A DNA stretch of 64,000 nt from Candidatus Woesearchaeota archaeon (GTDB lineage Archaea > Nanobdellota > Nanobdellia > Woesearchaeales > JAFGLG01): assembly GCA_016928155.1 (NCBI GenBank), contig JAFGLG010000017.1:4134-68133 (forward strand). The letters run 5' to 3'. This document shows positions 1 through 10,310 of the stretch, in pieces. How positions within the stretch are numbered: the stretch's first letter is position 1; every line of letters starts with the position of its first letter. The notes below the pieces were generated by a model that saw nothing but the letters and a program-made list of their open reading frames with translations, was not told the origin of the DNA and did not search any database. A program made the translations under genes and the position numbers.

Positions 1-109
1 GCAGGTCAGGTCTGTGTTGAAAGAGGAGCTTATGAGTGAGAGTGTTGGATAGCTCTAGGATCTGTTTATTTGATTGTCTGTCGTCCAGATAGGAAGTTTC
101 TGCAGTGCT

Positions 110-385
110 TTATTTGTTTAGCAGGGCCCTTATCGCGTCTATATGGTCAGCGACTTCCTGTCCCTTCTTGGTGAGGGTGAGGAGCTTCAGACGTCCCTGC
201 TTGTCAAAATTGATGAGCTGGGCCTTCTCCATCTCCTGGAGCATCTTGACGACGTGAGAATAAGTGCAGTCTATCTGCTTTGCCAGTGAAGAGGCATAGA
301 TCTCATTCTTGGCATTCCTGAGGCCGACTAGCATCATTGCAGGCTTTTCGCGGAAAAAGACATTGAAAATCTCGCTGTTGTTCAT
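110..385 (-). CDS. small winged-helix (MarR/ArsR/TrmB-like) transcriptional regulator
   Basis: 91-aa ORF. The helix-turn-helix-like segment SSLAKQIDCTYSHVVKMLQEMEKAQLI is followed by a wing (GRLKLLTLTKKG). Upstream region is AT-rich. Confidence 0.45.
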   Translation of the reverse strand: MNNSEIFNVFFREKPAMMLVGLRNAKNEIYASSLAKQIDCTYSHVVKMLQEMEKAQLINFDKQGRLKLLTLTKKGQEVADHIDAIRALLNK

Positions 386-646
386 CTTTATACCCCCGAT
401 TGTGTGTTGCTTCTCGACCCCTTTTTTCCTGTTTTATGCTAAGACAAAACAAGGATAAAACCAGTATTTATATAGTTTATTATATATATTACTAAAGTAG
501 GGAAAAGAAGGATATTTTAAATATTTATATTTTTTAGTATATAATCCGGGAAATAATTTTCATACGTCTTTATGCTGCTGATCGTGTGTGGGTAAAGGGC
601 AAATCTTATAATAGGGGTGTCCTAATTGCAGATTTAGGGGGTTTTA

Positions 647-2545
647 ATGGCTGATGCATCAGTTGATAAGGGCAATGGGAGCATGAGGGATATCTTCTTT
701 CCATATGAGAAAGTTAGGGATATCCAGAACAGGATGATTGAGCTTGTTGAGCAATCCTTGAAATCAGGGAGCAACATTGTCGTGCATGCCCCTACAGGTC
801 TTGGCAAGACAGTGGCCACCCTTGGTCCTGCTCTCTCATACAGTCTGAAGCATAAGAAGACTGTCTTCTTTCTCACTTCAAGGCACACCCAGCACAGGAT
901 TGCGATAGATACGCTGAAAGAGATCAAGGAGAGGTTCGGAGAGGAATTCTTTGTCACAGATATCATCGGCAAGAAATGGATGTGTCTCCAGCCGGGCATC
1001 TCTCTTCTGAACTCCCATGAGTTCAGGGAGTACTGCAGGCATCTCAGGGAAGAGGGGACATGCGAATTCTATGAGAACACGAAGAAAGGCTCTAGACCGA
1101 CAAAAGAGGCTTCGCTTGCCATCTCTGAGATTGACAGCAGGGGACCTATGCATACTGATCAGCTGATAAGCCTGTGCCGGGACCATAAGCTCTGCCCTTA
1201 TGAGGTGGCTGCGCTGATCGCTGCAAGGTCGAGCGTGATAATCGCTGATTATTATTATGTCTTCAATCCGAAGATAAGGGAATCATTCTTCATCAGGTCT
1301 GGAAAGACCCTGCATGATTCCATAATCATCGTCGACGAGGGCCATAATCTTCCTGGGCGCATGAGGGCATTGATGAGCGAGAAGATATCCAATTTCAGCA
1401 TCAGGAAGGCCCTGTATGAGGCGAAGAAGATGCAGTATTCAGAGACGATCGACCTGCTGACATCTATCCAGAATGTGGTTAACGATCTCTCGTCTGATCT
1501 TAACCTAAGCAGGAGGGAGAAGATCATTGATAAGCAGGATTTCATAGACAGGATCGCTGCCATCAAGGATTATGATGAGATTGTTGCGGACCTCAGTTCT
1601 GTCGCTGAATCAGTCAGGGAGATGAACAAATCCTCTTCGATTGGTGCGATAGCGTCTTTCCTCGAGAAATGGCCTGGCCCTGATGATGGTTTTGTCAGGA
1701 TAATCTCATATCGTGAGCTGAGAAAAGAGCCGTTTGTCCAGCTCTCTTACCGCTGCCTTGACCCGAGCATGCTCACAAAAGAGGTGGTGGAGAATTCGCA
1801 TTCCTCTATCCTGATGTCAGGCACGCTTAACCCGACAGACATGTATGCCGATCTGCTGGGATTTCCTGAGAACACAGCGATAATCTCTTTCAGGTCACCG
1901 TTCCCTGAAGAGAACAAGCTCACCGTGATAGTCAATGAGACGACAACGAAGTTTGACAGGAGGAATGACAGGGAATTCAGGAGGATTGCGGAGATTGTGT
2001 CGGAGATCATCAGCCTGGTCCCGGGTAACATAGTGGTCTTTTTCCCGAGCTATTCTCTGAGGGATAGGATCTATTCTTTGATGGATATCAGCAAGACTGT
2101 CTTTCTCGAAAAGCCTGAGATGACAAAGGACGAGAAGTTCGGGATGCTCGACAATTTCAAGAGCTATAATGATTCCGGCGCTGTCCTGCTCGCTGTGTCA
2201 GGTGGGAATTTCTATGAAGGCATTGATCTCCCTGGTGATCTCCTCAAGGCTGTCGTTGTCGTTGGCCTGCCGCTCCAGCAGCCGGACCTTGAGATCAAGT
2301 CGCTGATCGATTATTATGATGCCAAGTTCGGCAAGGGCTGGGACTATGGTTATATCGCTCCAGCCTTCTCCAAATGCCTGCAGGCTGCTGGCAGGTGCAT
2401 CAGGTCTGAGACAGATCGCGGTCTCGTGATTTTTCTTGACGAGCGTTTTGCATGGAAGAACTATTACAGGCATTTCCCAGCTGACACCAAGATGACTGTG
2501 ACAAGGGATTACAGAAAGCTCATCTCTGATTTCTTCAGTGAATGA
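647..2545 (+). CDS. xpd: XPD/Rad3-family FeS DNA helicase (superfamily 2, DEAH)
   Basis: Walker A motif VVHAPTGLGKT and DEAH box DEGHNL are present. A four-Cys cluster (CLQ..CRHLREEGTCEF..CRDHKLCPYE) sits between them, as expected for the FeS domain. Length is 632 aa. Confidence 0.8.
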   Translation: MADASVDKGNGSMRDIFFPYEKVRDIQNRMIELVEQSLKSGSNIVVHAPTGLGKTVATLGPALSYSLKHKKTVFFLTSRHTQHRIAIDTLKEIKERFGEEFFVTDIIGKKWMCLQPGISLLNSHEFREYCRHLREEGTCEFYENTKKGSRPTKEASLAISEIDSRGPMHTDQLISLCRDHKLCPYEVAALIAARSSVIIADYYYVFNPKIRESFFIRSGKTLHDSIIIVDEGHNLPGRMRALMSEKISNFSIRKALYEAKKMQYSETIDLLTSIQNVVNDLSSDLNLSRREKIIDKQDFIDRIAAIKDYDEIVADLSSVAESVREMNKSSSIGAIASFLEKWPGPDDGFVRIISYRELRKEPFVQLSYRCLDPSMLTKEVVENSHSSILMSGTLNPTDMYADLLGFPENTAIISFRSPFPEENKLTVIVNETTTKFDRRNDREFRRIAEIVSEIISLVPGNIVVFFPSYSLRDRIYSLMDISKTVFLEKPEMTKDEKFGMLDNFKSYNDSGAVLLAVSGGNFYEGIDLPGDLLKAVVVVGLPLQQPDLEIKSLIDYYDAKFGKGWDYGYIAPAFSKCLQAAGRCIRSETDRGLVIFLDERFAWKNYYRHFPADTKMTVTRDYRKLISDFFSE

Positions 2546-2629
2546 AAGAATTTGCATTAACTTTGCATTTATGAACCTCTCTTTTCCAGCGCAATAATAT
2601 ATTTAATGGGAGCGTAATCCCCCCGGTTT

Positions 2630-3562
2630 ATGAAGGCCATTGTTCTTGCGGGGCAGGATGATTGCAGGCAGAGGGATGTTGAGATATATAATGCGATAAA
2701 CAGGAAGGATTTCCTCTGGAATACTTATAAGCCTCTGATCAATGTGGGTGATGGGGATTCTTATGTCCCTCTCATCGGCAGGGTTTTGGCTGCGCTTGAT
2801 CAGAGCACGAGTGTTGATCATATCATCGTCGCAGGCCTGCCTGGCCTTGAGAACATCATTGATGTTTGTCAATGCCGTACTCCGGTGACATTTGTGCCGG
2901 TCAGGAAAGGGAACAGTCCTGTGCATAATTTTTTTTCTGCTTATGGGCAGGCTGGTGCTTCAGGTCATGCTCTCGTGATGGCATGCGATCTCCCCCTGAT
3001 CCACGAGACTGGAAGGGAAGGCAGGACAGCTGTAGATAGGTTCGTTGACAGATGTATCAGCTATGGTCTGGAACATGATCTATACATGGGTATTGTCTGC
3101 CAGGACCAGGTTGGTCGTCTTGGACTGGACAGGAGATACTTTCGTCTGGTGCCTGATCATGATCCGGGCATCGGGAGGGATCAGGATTATTCCATTGGCA
3201 GGAGATATGGTTTCCGTGATGCGAGCATATTCTTGGCTGACGGATCATTGGATTCTCCATTGTTACGGAAAAATTTTGGGAAAGCAGCTTCTCTGAGGAC
3301 TTACCCCGGACCATGGTTTGCAGCGGCATATTTTTTTATGAGGAATGTGCTTGATATAACAAATCTGATTGTGAAGTATAAATTAGGTAGCCTGGGTGTT
3401 GATGAGCTTGAACACAGAGCTCCGAAGATATTTGGTGCAAGCCTCAAATTCATCGAGATAAGGGGTGGGGATGCAGCTGCATTTGCGCTGGATATAGATA
3501 TCAAAGATGATCTTCAGAAGCTTAGGGAGATTGCAGAATCTGTGCATTTAAAGCATGATTGA
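2630..3562 (+). CDS. hypothetical protein with a MobA-like NTP-transferase-fold N-terminus
   Basis: The N-terminus MKAIVLAG and the motif VMACDLPLI resemble MobA/CofC-type nucleotidyltransferases, but the Gly-rich loop is degenerate. Confidence 0.25.
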   Translation: MKAIVLAGQDDCRQRDVEIYNAINRKDFLWNTYKPLINVGDGDSYVPLIGRVLAALDQSTSVDHIIVAGLPGLENIIDVCQCRTPVTFVPVRKGNSPVHNFFSAYGQAGASGHALVMACDLPLIHETGREGRTAVDRFVDRCISYGLEHDLYMGIVCQDQVGRLGLDRRYFRLVPDHDPGIGRDQDYSIGRRYGFRDASIFLADGSLDSPLLRKNFGKAASLRTYPGPWFAAAYFFMRNVLDITNLIVKYKLGSLGVDELEHRAPKIFGASLKFIEIRGGDAAAFALDIDIKDDLQKLREIAESVHLKHD

Positions 3563-3711
3563 TTTTAGTTAGCAGATTGTCTGATTCTGTCTGATTTTTA
3601 TTATTTTCATACATGATTCATAAAAAAATATATTTTTTCTTATACATTTCCCCCTAACTAGTATACAGAATAGTAACATTTATATATCAGTCGTATTTTA
3701 TAGCTATTAAG

Positions 3712-4107
3712 ATGGTAATATTATTTGACCAATATCACTTGCCGAATGATATTTACGAAATCATTTTTGCGACCGAGCAGCAGGTCATAGTTGCAAAGCT
3801 GCTCATAAATGCCATGAAGGCAAATGACGGAGTGATGGGAAAGACAGAGATGTCGATGTTTGCCACCAAGCTGCATGAGGGCAACCTGCTGGAAGAGCCG
3901 GAAGGCCCCCTGAAATCAAAAGCGAAGAAGATCTCTTACAACAAGAGGCAGTTTTATGACAGGATACTCACTCCGATGAAATCAATGGGCCTTATCGATT
4001 ATGACATGTACAAGAAGGTCTACAAGGTTTCGACAAGATTCAACAAGGTGCTGATCAAGATTGGATTGATGTGGATTCAAGAGGTGAACAGAAAGTCACT
4101 GATATGA
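3712..4107 (+). CDS. hypothetical protein
   Basis: 131-aa ORF with coding-like composition and no recognisable motif. Confidence 0.3.
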   Translation: MVILFDQYHLPNDIYEIIFATEQQVIVAKLLINAMKANDGVMGKTEMSMFATKLHEGNLLEEPEGPLKSKAKKISYNKRQFYDRILTPMKSMGLIDYDMYKKVYKVSTRFNKVLIKIGLMWIQEVNRKSLI

Positions 4108-4290
4108 CACATGACACTCAGCAAGGCTCCCTATGCTGTGTTCTACTCAATCACTCCCCACCCCTAAAAACCCTTTATAGGGAGCCGCTTTCTTTTTTTT
4201 TCACTGTCCATGACGACAGTGATGACAGTGACTGATATCATCTCCACATCCCCAAAAATAATTTAAATCAACCTGTGCAATGCGGATAAT

Positions 4291-5343
4291 ATGGCTTCAG
4301 AACCCGTCCCCCAGTTGTATGATATCGCCTGTGAGCTTGACAGCAGGATACAAAGCTATGAAGTTTTCAGGAATGACCTCTTGGCAGCCCACCAGCAGAT
4401 GGTCGCGATGCAGGCAAAGGTCGAGCAGAGCCTGACTGATATCCTGAAATTCGGGCAGAGCACTGTCGGGATAGAGCCTCCGGCAAGGAGGGATATGATC
4501 AACAATGTCTTGTTTGCCGTCGACACACAGATGAGGACAGAGTATGCCATCCCTGCGCTTGAGATCCCGTCAGCAGAAGAATATATCGGCAGCAGGAAAA
4601 GATGTCTTGGCCTTACTGAAGAATATTCTGCGAGGTCTGAGTCTCTCAAGAGATCGGTCGAGAGGCTGGACAGGCAGAAGGAGAGGATGGTGATTTCACT
4701 CATGAAGGAAAGGGATATCTGCTGGAGGACTGGCTTGTATAATCCTCGTCTTGCAGAACCGCTGGTCGCACAGGAGATCAGGAATGTTTATGCCTGCCAA
4801 GATGGCGGGCGGCCCGCTCTGTCTTCGCTCATTTTCATTGACTTCGACAAGTTCGGCAGGTTCAACAAGCTGTATGGCAGCATCGCCACAAATGAGGTGC
4901 TGGCTCTGATTGGACACACCCTCCTTTCTAATCTCGGTCCTGATGACAAGGGTATCAGGTATGGCGGAGACGAATTATTGGTGCTCCTCCCTGGCAGGAG
5001 AGGGGACAGCGAATACTCTGAAGCCATGGAACAGGCTCTCGCTATCCAATCAGCGATATACAACCTGAATCTTGAAGACATCGATCCGGGCATGCATTTC
5101 GAGAAGCTCACTTTCAGTGCTGGCATTGTGCAGTTCAGGCCAAGGGATTCGCAAAGGGATTTTATGGCAGAGGCAAGAGAATGGATCTCAGAGGCGGATC
5201 AGATCTCCAGGCAGGCAAAAAAGGATGGGGGAAACTTGATTCTTGCCTGTGGTCGGGTAGAGGAACCCGAGAATCTGGAGCATGCGGTGCAGCATCATCC
5301 ATTGACCGGTCCTGCTGTCCTCCAAAACATTTTTATTAGGTGA
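4291..5343 (+). CDS. GGDEF-domain protein with an uncharacterised coiled-coil N-terminal domain (signature GGDEL)
   Basis: The C-terminal 180 aa align motif-by-motif with the diguanylate-cyclase palm. RTGLYNPR matches LTGLxNRR. FIDFDKFGRFNKLYG...NEVL matches DIDxFKxINDxxGHxxGDxVL. RYGGDELLVLLPG matches RYGGEEFxxxxP. ADQISRQAKKDGGN matches ADxALYxAKxxGRN. No RxxD I-site is present. Confidence 0.75.
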   Translation: MASEPVPQLYDIACELDSRIQSYEVFRNDLLAAHQQMVAMQAKVEQSLTDILKFGQSTVGIEPPARRDMINNVLFAVDTQMRTEYAIPALEIPSAEEYIGSRKRCLGLTEEYSARSESLKRSVERLDRQKERMVISLMKERDICWRTGLYNPRLAEPLVAQEIRNVYACQDGGRPALSSLIFIDFDKFGRFNKLYGSIATNEVLALIGHTLLSNLGPDDKGIRYGGDELLVLLPGRRGDSEYSEAMEQALAIQSAIYNLNLEDIDPGMHFEKLTFSAGIVQFRPRDSQRDFMAEAREWISEADQISRQAKKDGGNLILACGRVEEPENLEHAVQHHPLTGPAVLQNIFIR

Positions 5344-5359
5344 AGATTGTTTATTTCTG

Positions 5360-5941
5360 ATGAAAGATATTATAACAGAAGAGTTTGCCCTGAAGCTTCT
5401 TAAGAGATATTCAAAGTCTGGTACAAAAGGATCTTACAGGATTGTCTCATCTGATGCAAAGAGACTGAGCAAGCTTGCCGTCGCTTATGCGAAGAAAGCA
5501 GTCAAGAATGGTCATGATATTGACATTGGATTTGTGGCATCAGCTTCACTTCTGCATGATATTGGAAGATTTAGATATCCCCCATTTGCCAAGGACAATA
5601 TCAGGCATGGCATCGAAGGTGCAAGGATCCTCAAGAAAGAAGGGCTTTCAAGGAGATACCAGGATGTCTGCCTGAATCATATTGGTGCTGGTTTACGGAG
5701 GTCTGATATTATCAGGCAGAATCTCCCCCTCCCGAAGAAGGATTTCATGCCGAAGACCAAGGAGGAGATCATCATTTCCTATGCAGACTTGAGATTTCAT
5801 GAGGGTAGAGTTGTGGGTATTGTTAGGGAATCCAGGAGATATGAGTCATTCCAGAAAGGCCTCGGGAAGCGTGTTCTTCAGTTCCACAACCGTGTCATGA
5901 AGCTCATCGGAGCGGATAATAAGGTAAGGAATATAAGATAA
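5360..5941 (+). CDS. HD-superfamily metal-dependent phosphohydrolase (HDIG/YqeK-like)
   Basis: HD signature SLLHDIGRF, plus downstream His residues (HGIEGA, LNHIGAGL) and ISYADLRF. Length is 193 aa. The start is 17 nt downstream of the GGDEF gene. Confidence 0.65.
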   Translation: MKDIITEEFALKLLKRYSKSGTKGSYRIVSSDAKRLSKLAVAYAKKAVKNGHDIDIGFVASASLLHDIGRFRYPPFAKDNIRHGIEGARILKKEGLSRRYQDVCLNHIGAGLRRSDIIRQNLPLPKKDFMPKTKEEIIISYADLRFHEGRVVGIVRESRRYESFQKGLGKRVLQFHNRVMKLIGADNKVRNIR

Positions 5942-6076
5942 TAAGGTAAAAGATATAAACAAGTTCTGATTCTGATGCCCTGTCGATGATGAGGTTATCC
6001 CCGGCTGATCGCATGATGAATTCGAAACGCTCTGAGACAATATATTCAGGATCTGCTTGCTGAGCATCTGCACAAA

Positions 6077-6415
6077 ATGAGACTTATCAAGACAAAGGAT
6101 GGTTACAGGATCCCAAGCTCTTCCCAGAAGAACCAGTTCTATGAAGTTGATCCTAAGAAGAAGAGCTGTACTTGTGCCCAATATCTCTTCCGCGCAAGAA
6201 AAGTGGGAGGCACCTGCAAGCATATCGATGCAGTCCTTGAGCATCTCGGCAGTATGAAGAAGAATGAGAAAGAGGAACTTCTGGAAGTTGTAAAAAAACT
6301 GGGACCGATTGACTTTGTCAAGCTCGCGGAATCTTACAGCGAAGACCTCATCAATCAATTGATAGACAGCGGTGACCTGATTGAGGAAAAAGGCAGGATC
6401 AGGTTATTAAAATAG
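6077..6415 (+). CDS. SWIM zinc-finger protein
   Basis: CxCx(n)CxH pattern: SCTCAQYLFRARKVGGTCKHI. Confidence 0.5.
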   Translation: MRLIKTKDGYRIPSSSQKNQFYEVDPKKKSCTCAQYLFRARKVGGTCKHIDAVLEHLGSMKKNEKEELLEVVKKLGPIDFVKLAESYSEDLINQLIDSGDLIEEKGRIRLLK

Positions 6416-6455
6416 CACCATAACATATTTAAAGCTTCACCTGCTTCTCAAAATC

Positions 6456-8984
6456 ATGATCCCTGACAAGCAGATCAAGGCAGATTTCAGGAAAACAGCA
6501 TGGGATGACCCTGATAAGTACTATGCGACTTCAGTCCTGAAAGAAGAAGGCTTCATCAGGAAGATCTGCACAAAGTGCTCCAAGCCTTTCTGGGCAATAA
6601 AGGACAGCAAGGTATGCGGTGATCCGGCATGCTCTGGTGGATTCAGGTTCTTTGAGGGTTCTCCTGCCAAGAACAGGATGGATTATATCGAAGCTTGGCA
6701 GAGGTTTGCAGAGCTCTTCCGCAAATTTGGATACACACCGATTAAGCGTTATCCTGTTGTCGCCAGGTGGCGTGATGATACTGATTTCGTGCAGGCATCC
6801 ATCTATGACTTCCAGCCTTATGTGGTGAATGGGACAATAGATCCGCCAGCTAACCCGTTGGTAGTCCCGCAGTTCTGCTTGAGGTTCAATGATATTGATA
6901 ATGTCGGCATCACAGGCGCGCATTACACTGGCTTTGTGATGATCGGCCAGCATGCCTTCATGCCTCCCGAGAATTGGAATCAGGACCAGTATTTCCGCGA
7001 TATCCACACCTGGCTTAAGGAAGGATTAGGCCTCCCGAACGAGGAGATAATCTTCCATGAGGATGCTTGGGCAGGCGGCGGAAACTTCGGCCCTTGCATG
7101 GAATTTTTCTCGAGAGGTTTAGAGCTTGGCAATCAGGTCTATATGATGTACCAGCAGACTCCTGGAGGCAACAAGGAGCTGAATCTTAAGGTGCTGGATA
7201 TGGGTATGGGCCATGAGCGAAACGCTTGGTTCACCAAAGCAACAAGCACAAGCTATGAGACAACATTTCCCACAGTCACAAAATTCCTGCATAAGGAGAC
7301 TGGAATCAAGATTGATGATAGTATCATGAAGAAATTCCTGCCATATGCCTCTTACCTCAATGTTGATGAAGTGGAGAACATCGACAAGGCTTGGGATGAA
7401 GTTTCAAAAAAGACATGTATAAGCAAGAGCAGTCTGAAGCAGAGCATCATCCCTCTTTCTCAATTATACAGTGTTGCAGAGCATTCACGCTCGTTGTTAT
7501 TCGCAATCTCCGACGGAGCTCTTCCCAGCAATGTGGGTGGAGGATATAATCTCAGGGTCATATTGAGGCGTGCATTGCAGTTCATCGAAAAGAACCGCTG
7601 GAACATCAGGCTTCCTGAGCTTTGCAGGCTGCATGCCTCTTATCTCAGGCCAATATTTCCGGAACTCAGTGAGAACCTTGATGATGTCGAGCAGATCCTT
7701 GATGTCGAAGAGAAGAAATTCTATCAGACTCTTGAGAAATCAAGGAGGATTGTCAAGGGGATATTTGAGAGAGAGCAGGATATTGATACAAAGAAGCTGA
7801 TCGAGCTTTATGATAGTCATGGCATAACCCCTGACCTGATAAGCGATGAGGCTGAATCCCATGGTAAGGATATTGAGGTCCCTGATCGTTTTTATGCACT
7901 GGTTGCAGAACAGCATGAGCAGACATCCCAGGCTAAAGAGAAGGAGAAGGTCTATGATCTGCATGGTGTGCCGGATACAAAGGCATTATACTTTGATGAT
8001 TTCAAGATATGCGAGCTGACAAGCAGGGTCATCAAGGTCATCGACAATATTGTCATCCTGGATCAGACCATTTTCTATCCAACTTCTGGCGGCCAGGATC
8101 ATGATATCGGCACCATGGATGATATCAAGGTCATTGACGTAAAGAAGCAGGGCCCGCACATTTTGCATTTCCTCGAGAATCCTTCATTCAAGGAAGGCGA
8201 TAAGATTCATTCAAAGATTGATTTCTCCAGAAGATTGCAGCTCACCCAGCATCATTCTGCTACTCATCTGATAAATGGCGCTGCAAGGAAGATTCTTGGG
8301 AGCCATATCTGGCAGGCAGGTGCTGAGAAGCGTCTTGATAAGGCAAGACTTGACATAACGCATTATGAGCAGATATCAAAAGAGGATTTGCAGAAGATTG
8401 AGGAACTTGCTAATGAGATGATAGCGGCTAATAAGCCTGTCTACAAATCTTTCATGAAGAGGAACTTGGCTGAATCAAAGTATGGCTTCAGGCTTTATCA
8501 GGGTGGTGCTGTTCCTGGCAAGGAGATCCGTGTTGTTGATTATTCTAATTTTGACATTGAAGCATGCGGCGGCACCCATGTGGATCTCACTGGTGAGATT
8601 CAGCAGATAAAGATCCTGAGATCCACTAAGATCCAGGATGGCATTGTGAGGATTGAGTTCACTGCAGGTGATGCTGCTCTTGATACATTGAGCGAATCCA
8701 AGGCATTGGTCGAGCAGCTGACTGGAATCCTTGGTGTTGACGAGGATCTTCTGGCTTCACATGGCCAGGAGCTTTTTGAGAAGTGGAAGCGTGCCAAGAA
8801 GATAATCAAGAAAGGAAGTCCTGATCCTGAGTTCAATCCAGAGCTTGTCTCACAAGAGAAGATTGAAGGCGACCCTGTGCAGAATCTGAGCGGGATCTAC
8901 AAGACCCAGCCAGAGCATATTGTCAAGACTATCGAGCGCTTCAGGAAAGAATTGGCAGATATGGCTGATAAGCTGCCGAAATAA
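6456..8984 (+). CDS. alaS: alanyl-tRNA synthetase (archaeal type)
   Basis: 842 aa. Editing-domain zinc motifs HHSATHL and CGGTHV are present. The overall architecture fits archaeal AlaRS. Confidence 0.9.
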   Translation: MIPDKQIKADFRKTAWDDPDKYYATSVLKEEGFIRKICTKCSKPFWAIKDSKVCGDPACSGGFRFFEGSPAKNRMDYIEAWQRFAELFRKFGYTPIKRYPVVARWRDDTDFVQASIYDFQPYVVNGTIDPPANPLVVPQFCLRFNDIDNVGITGAHYTGFVMIGQHAFMPPENWNQDQYFRDIHTWLKEGLGLPNEEIIFHEDAWAGGGNFGPCMEFFSRGLELGNQVYMMYQQTPGGNKELNLKVLDMGMGHERNAWFTKATSTSYETTFPTVTKFLHKETGIKIDDSIMKKFLPYASYLNVDEVENIDKAWDEVSKKTCISKSSLKQSIIPLSQLYSVAEHSRSLLFAISDGALPSNVGGGYNLRVILRRALQFIEKNRWNIRLPELCRLHASYLRPIFPELSENLDDVEQILDVEEKKFYQTLEKSRRIVKGIFEREQDIDTKKLIELYDSHGITPDLISDEAESHGKDIEVPDRFYALVAEQHEQTSQAKEKEKVYDLHGVPDTKALYFDDFKICELTSRVIKVIDNIVILDQTIFYPTSGGQDHDIGTMDDIKVIDVKKQGPHILHFLENPSFKEGDKIHSKIDFSRRLQLTQHHSATHLINGAARKILGSHIWQAGAEKRLDKARLDITHYEQISKEDLQKIEELANEMIAANKPVYKSFMKRNLAESKYGFRLYQGGAVPGKEIRVVDYSNFDIEACGGTHVDLTGEIQQIKILRSTKIQDGIVRIEFTAGDAALDTLSESKALVEQLTGILGVDEDLLASHGQELFEKWKRAKKIIKKGSPDPEFNPELVSQEKIEGDPVQNLSGIYKTQPEHIVKTIERFRKELADMADKLPK

Positions 8985-9046
8985 TCCTATCCTGATTAGT
9001 GCCATTCTGCTGGTTGAGAGGATAAGGTTGGCGGATCGGGTATATG

Positions 9047-10267
9047 CTAGAATTGGCTGAGACGTTTCTGCGTCTTCAACTCCTTCAACAGCAGACTTTT
9101 CCTGAATATCCCATCCAGATCGATGCCAAATTTCTTCTGCGCAAATATCTTTGCATAATGCAGCATCAGGTCCTTGTCGCCGAATTCCAGCGGTTTTGCC
9201 TTCAGCGCCTTGCGCGTCGCTTCTCTCACCACCCAAACGCCGAGCGGCGCATAATACTCATCTGTTATGAACCTGAGGCATAGCACAGAGCTCTGGAACT
9301 TCTTGCATCTCATCAGGTCTGCAATACCCAAGCGTGCTGCATAATATCCGCCGACACAATTCTGCGCATAATCCTTCCTTCCCCCAAAGAATTCGTGGTC
9401 TGTTGAGTATTTCAGCTCTTTTTCCTTGCCTGACCCGGCATATATCTCGAACAGCTCATAGCTCCACACTCCCGGGATGAAAAGGATCAGATAATAATTT
9501 CCCAGATAGCCCCCGAAGTAAGCATAATTGCCGTCTTCTGAGAAGTTCTTGACCTCTTCGACCCTGAACTTGGACACCATGTCATCTGTTGCTGTTATGC
9601 TCCATCTTGTCGGCACAAGTTTTCTGTCAGCCCCCACCCCAAGTGTCCCCACAGAAAGCAGTTTGATTATCTGGTTCTCATCGATCTGCTTTTCGTAGAG
9701 TATCTTGACTCCCTCGACTGCTCTCAGGTCTGTCTCGCCGACAACCTTCTCGATTTTTGTATTTATCGAAGGGCTGCTTGTAATCTCTGCTCTTTCAATG
9801 TCGCCATAAGCCCCGACTGGCGGTGAGAATGGATCGAGGTTCATGCGGAAGAATGGCCTTTTCTTGAATTCTACCTCCACATCCACTGGCTTTGATGCCA
9901 TCGCCACTTCTTGTGCCATCTCTACTTGCTTGTCGAATCTCTTTGCTATTGTGAATCCGCGCGAGTTTATCACGCTGCTCCTGAAATCCATTATCTTCTC
10001 AATGCGGAAATCCGATTCAGACCAGAACTTGGGGGAATCATACTGCCATGCATCTTGTCTCTGTATCGGATTGAGTATCCCTACTGAAAGCCTTGGATAT
10101 TCCTGCAGTCCTACAAACACCCCTGGGCTGCTTGACTCCATCTCTTTCTTGTCTGAGAATTTCTCAATGAAGCTTTTTGTCCTGTATGCTGTCATCTGCC
10201 TGCTGCATCTCGGGCAATAGTCTGATCCTCTTGTTTCAGATTTGCATTTAAGGCAGAGTCTTGGCAT
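9047..10267 (-). CDS. Nre-family (COG1602-like) putative DNA-repair protein with N-terminal zinc ribbon and C-terminal PIP-like motif
   Basis: N-terminal CLKC..CPRC zinc ribbon. C-terminal QKRLSQF matches the QxxLxxF PCNA-interacting-peptide pattern. The family assignment is from memory only. Confidence 0.3.
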   Translation of the reverse strand: MPRLCLKCKSETRGSDYCPRCSRQMTAYRTKSFIEKFSDKKEMESSSPGVFVGLQEYPRLSVGILNPIQRQDAWQYDSPKFWSESDFRIEKIMDFRSSVINSRGFTIAKRFDKQVEMAQEVAMASKPVDVEVEFKKRPFFRMNLDPFSPPVGAYGDIERAEITSSPSINTKIEKVVGETDLRAVEGVKILYEKQIDENQIIKLLSVGTLGVGADRKLVPTRWSITATDDMVSKFRVEEVKNFSEDGNYAYFGGYLGNYYLILFIPGVWSYELFEIYAGSGKEKELKYSTDHEFFGGRKDYAQNCVGGYYAARLGIADLMRCKKFQSSVLCLRFITDEYYAPLGVWVVREATRKALKAKPLEFGDKDLMLHYAKIFAQKKFGIDLDGIFRKSLLLKELKTQKRLSQF

Positions 10268-10310
10268 CTTGCATTCATTTATCCCTGTTTTTTTAAAGAT
10301 ATATGAAGTG

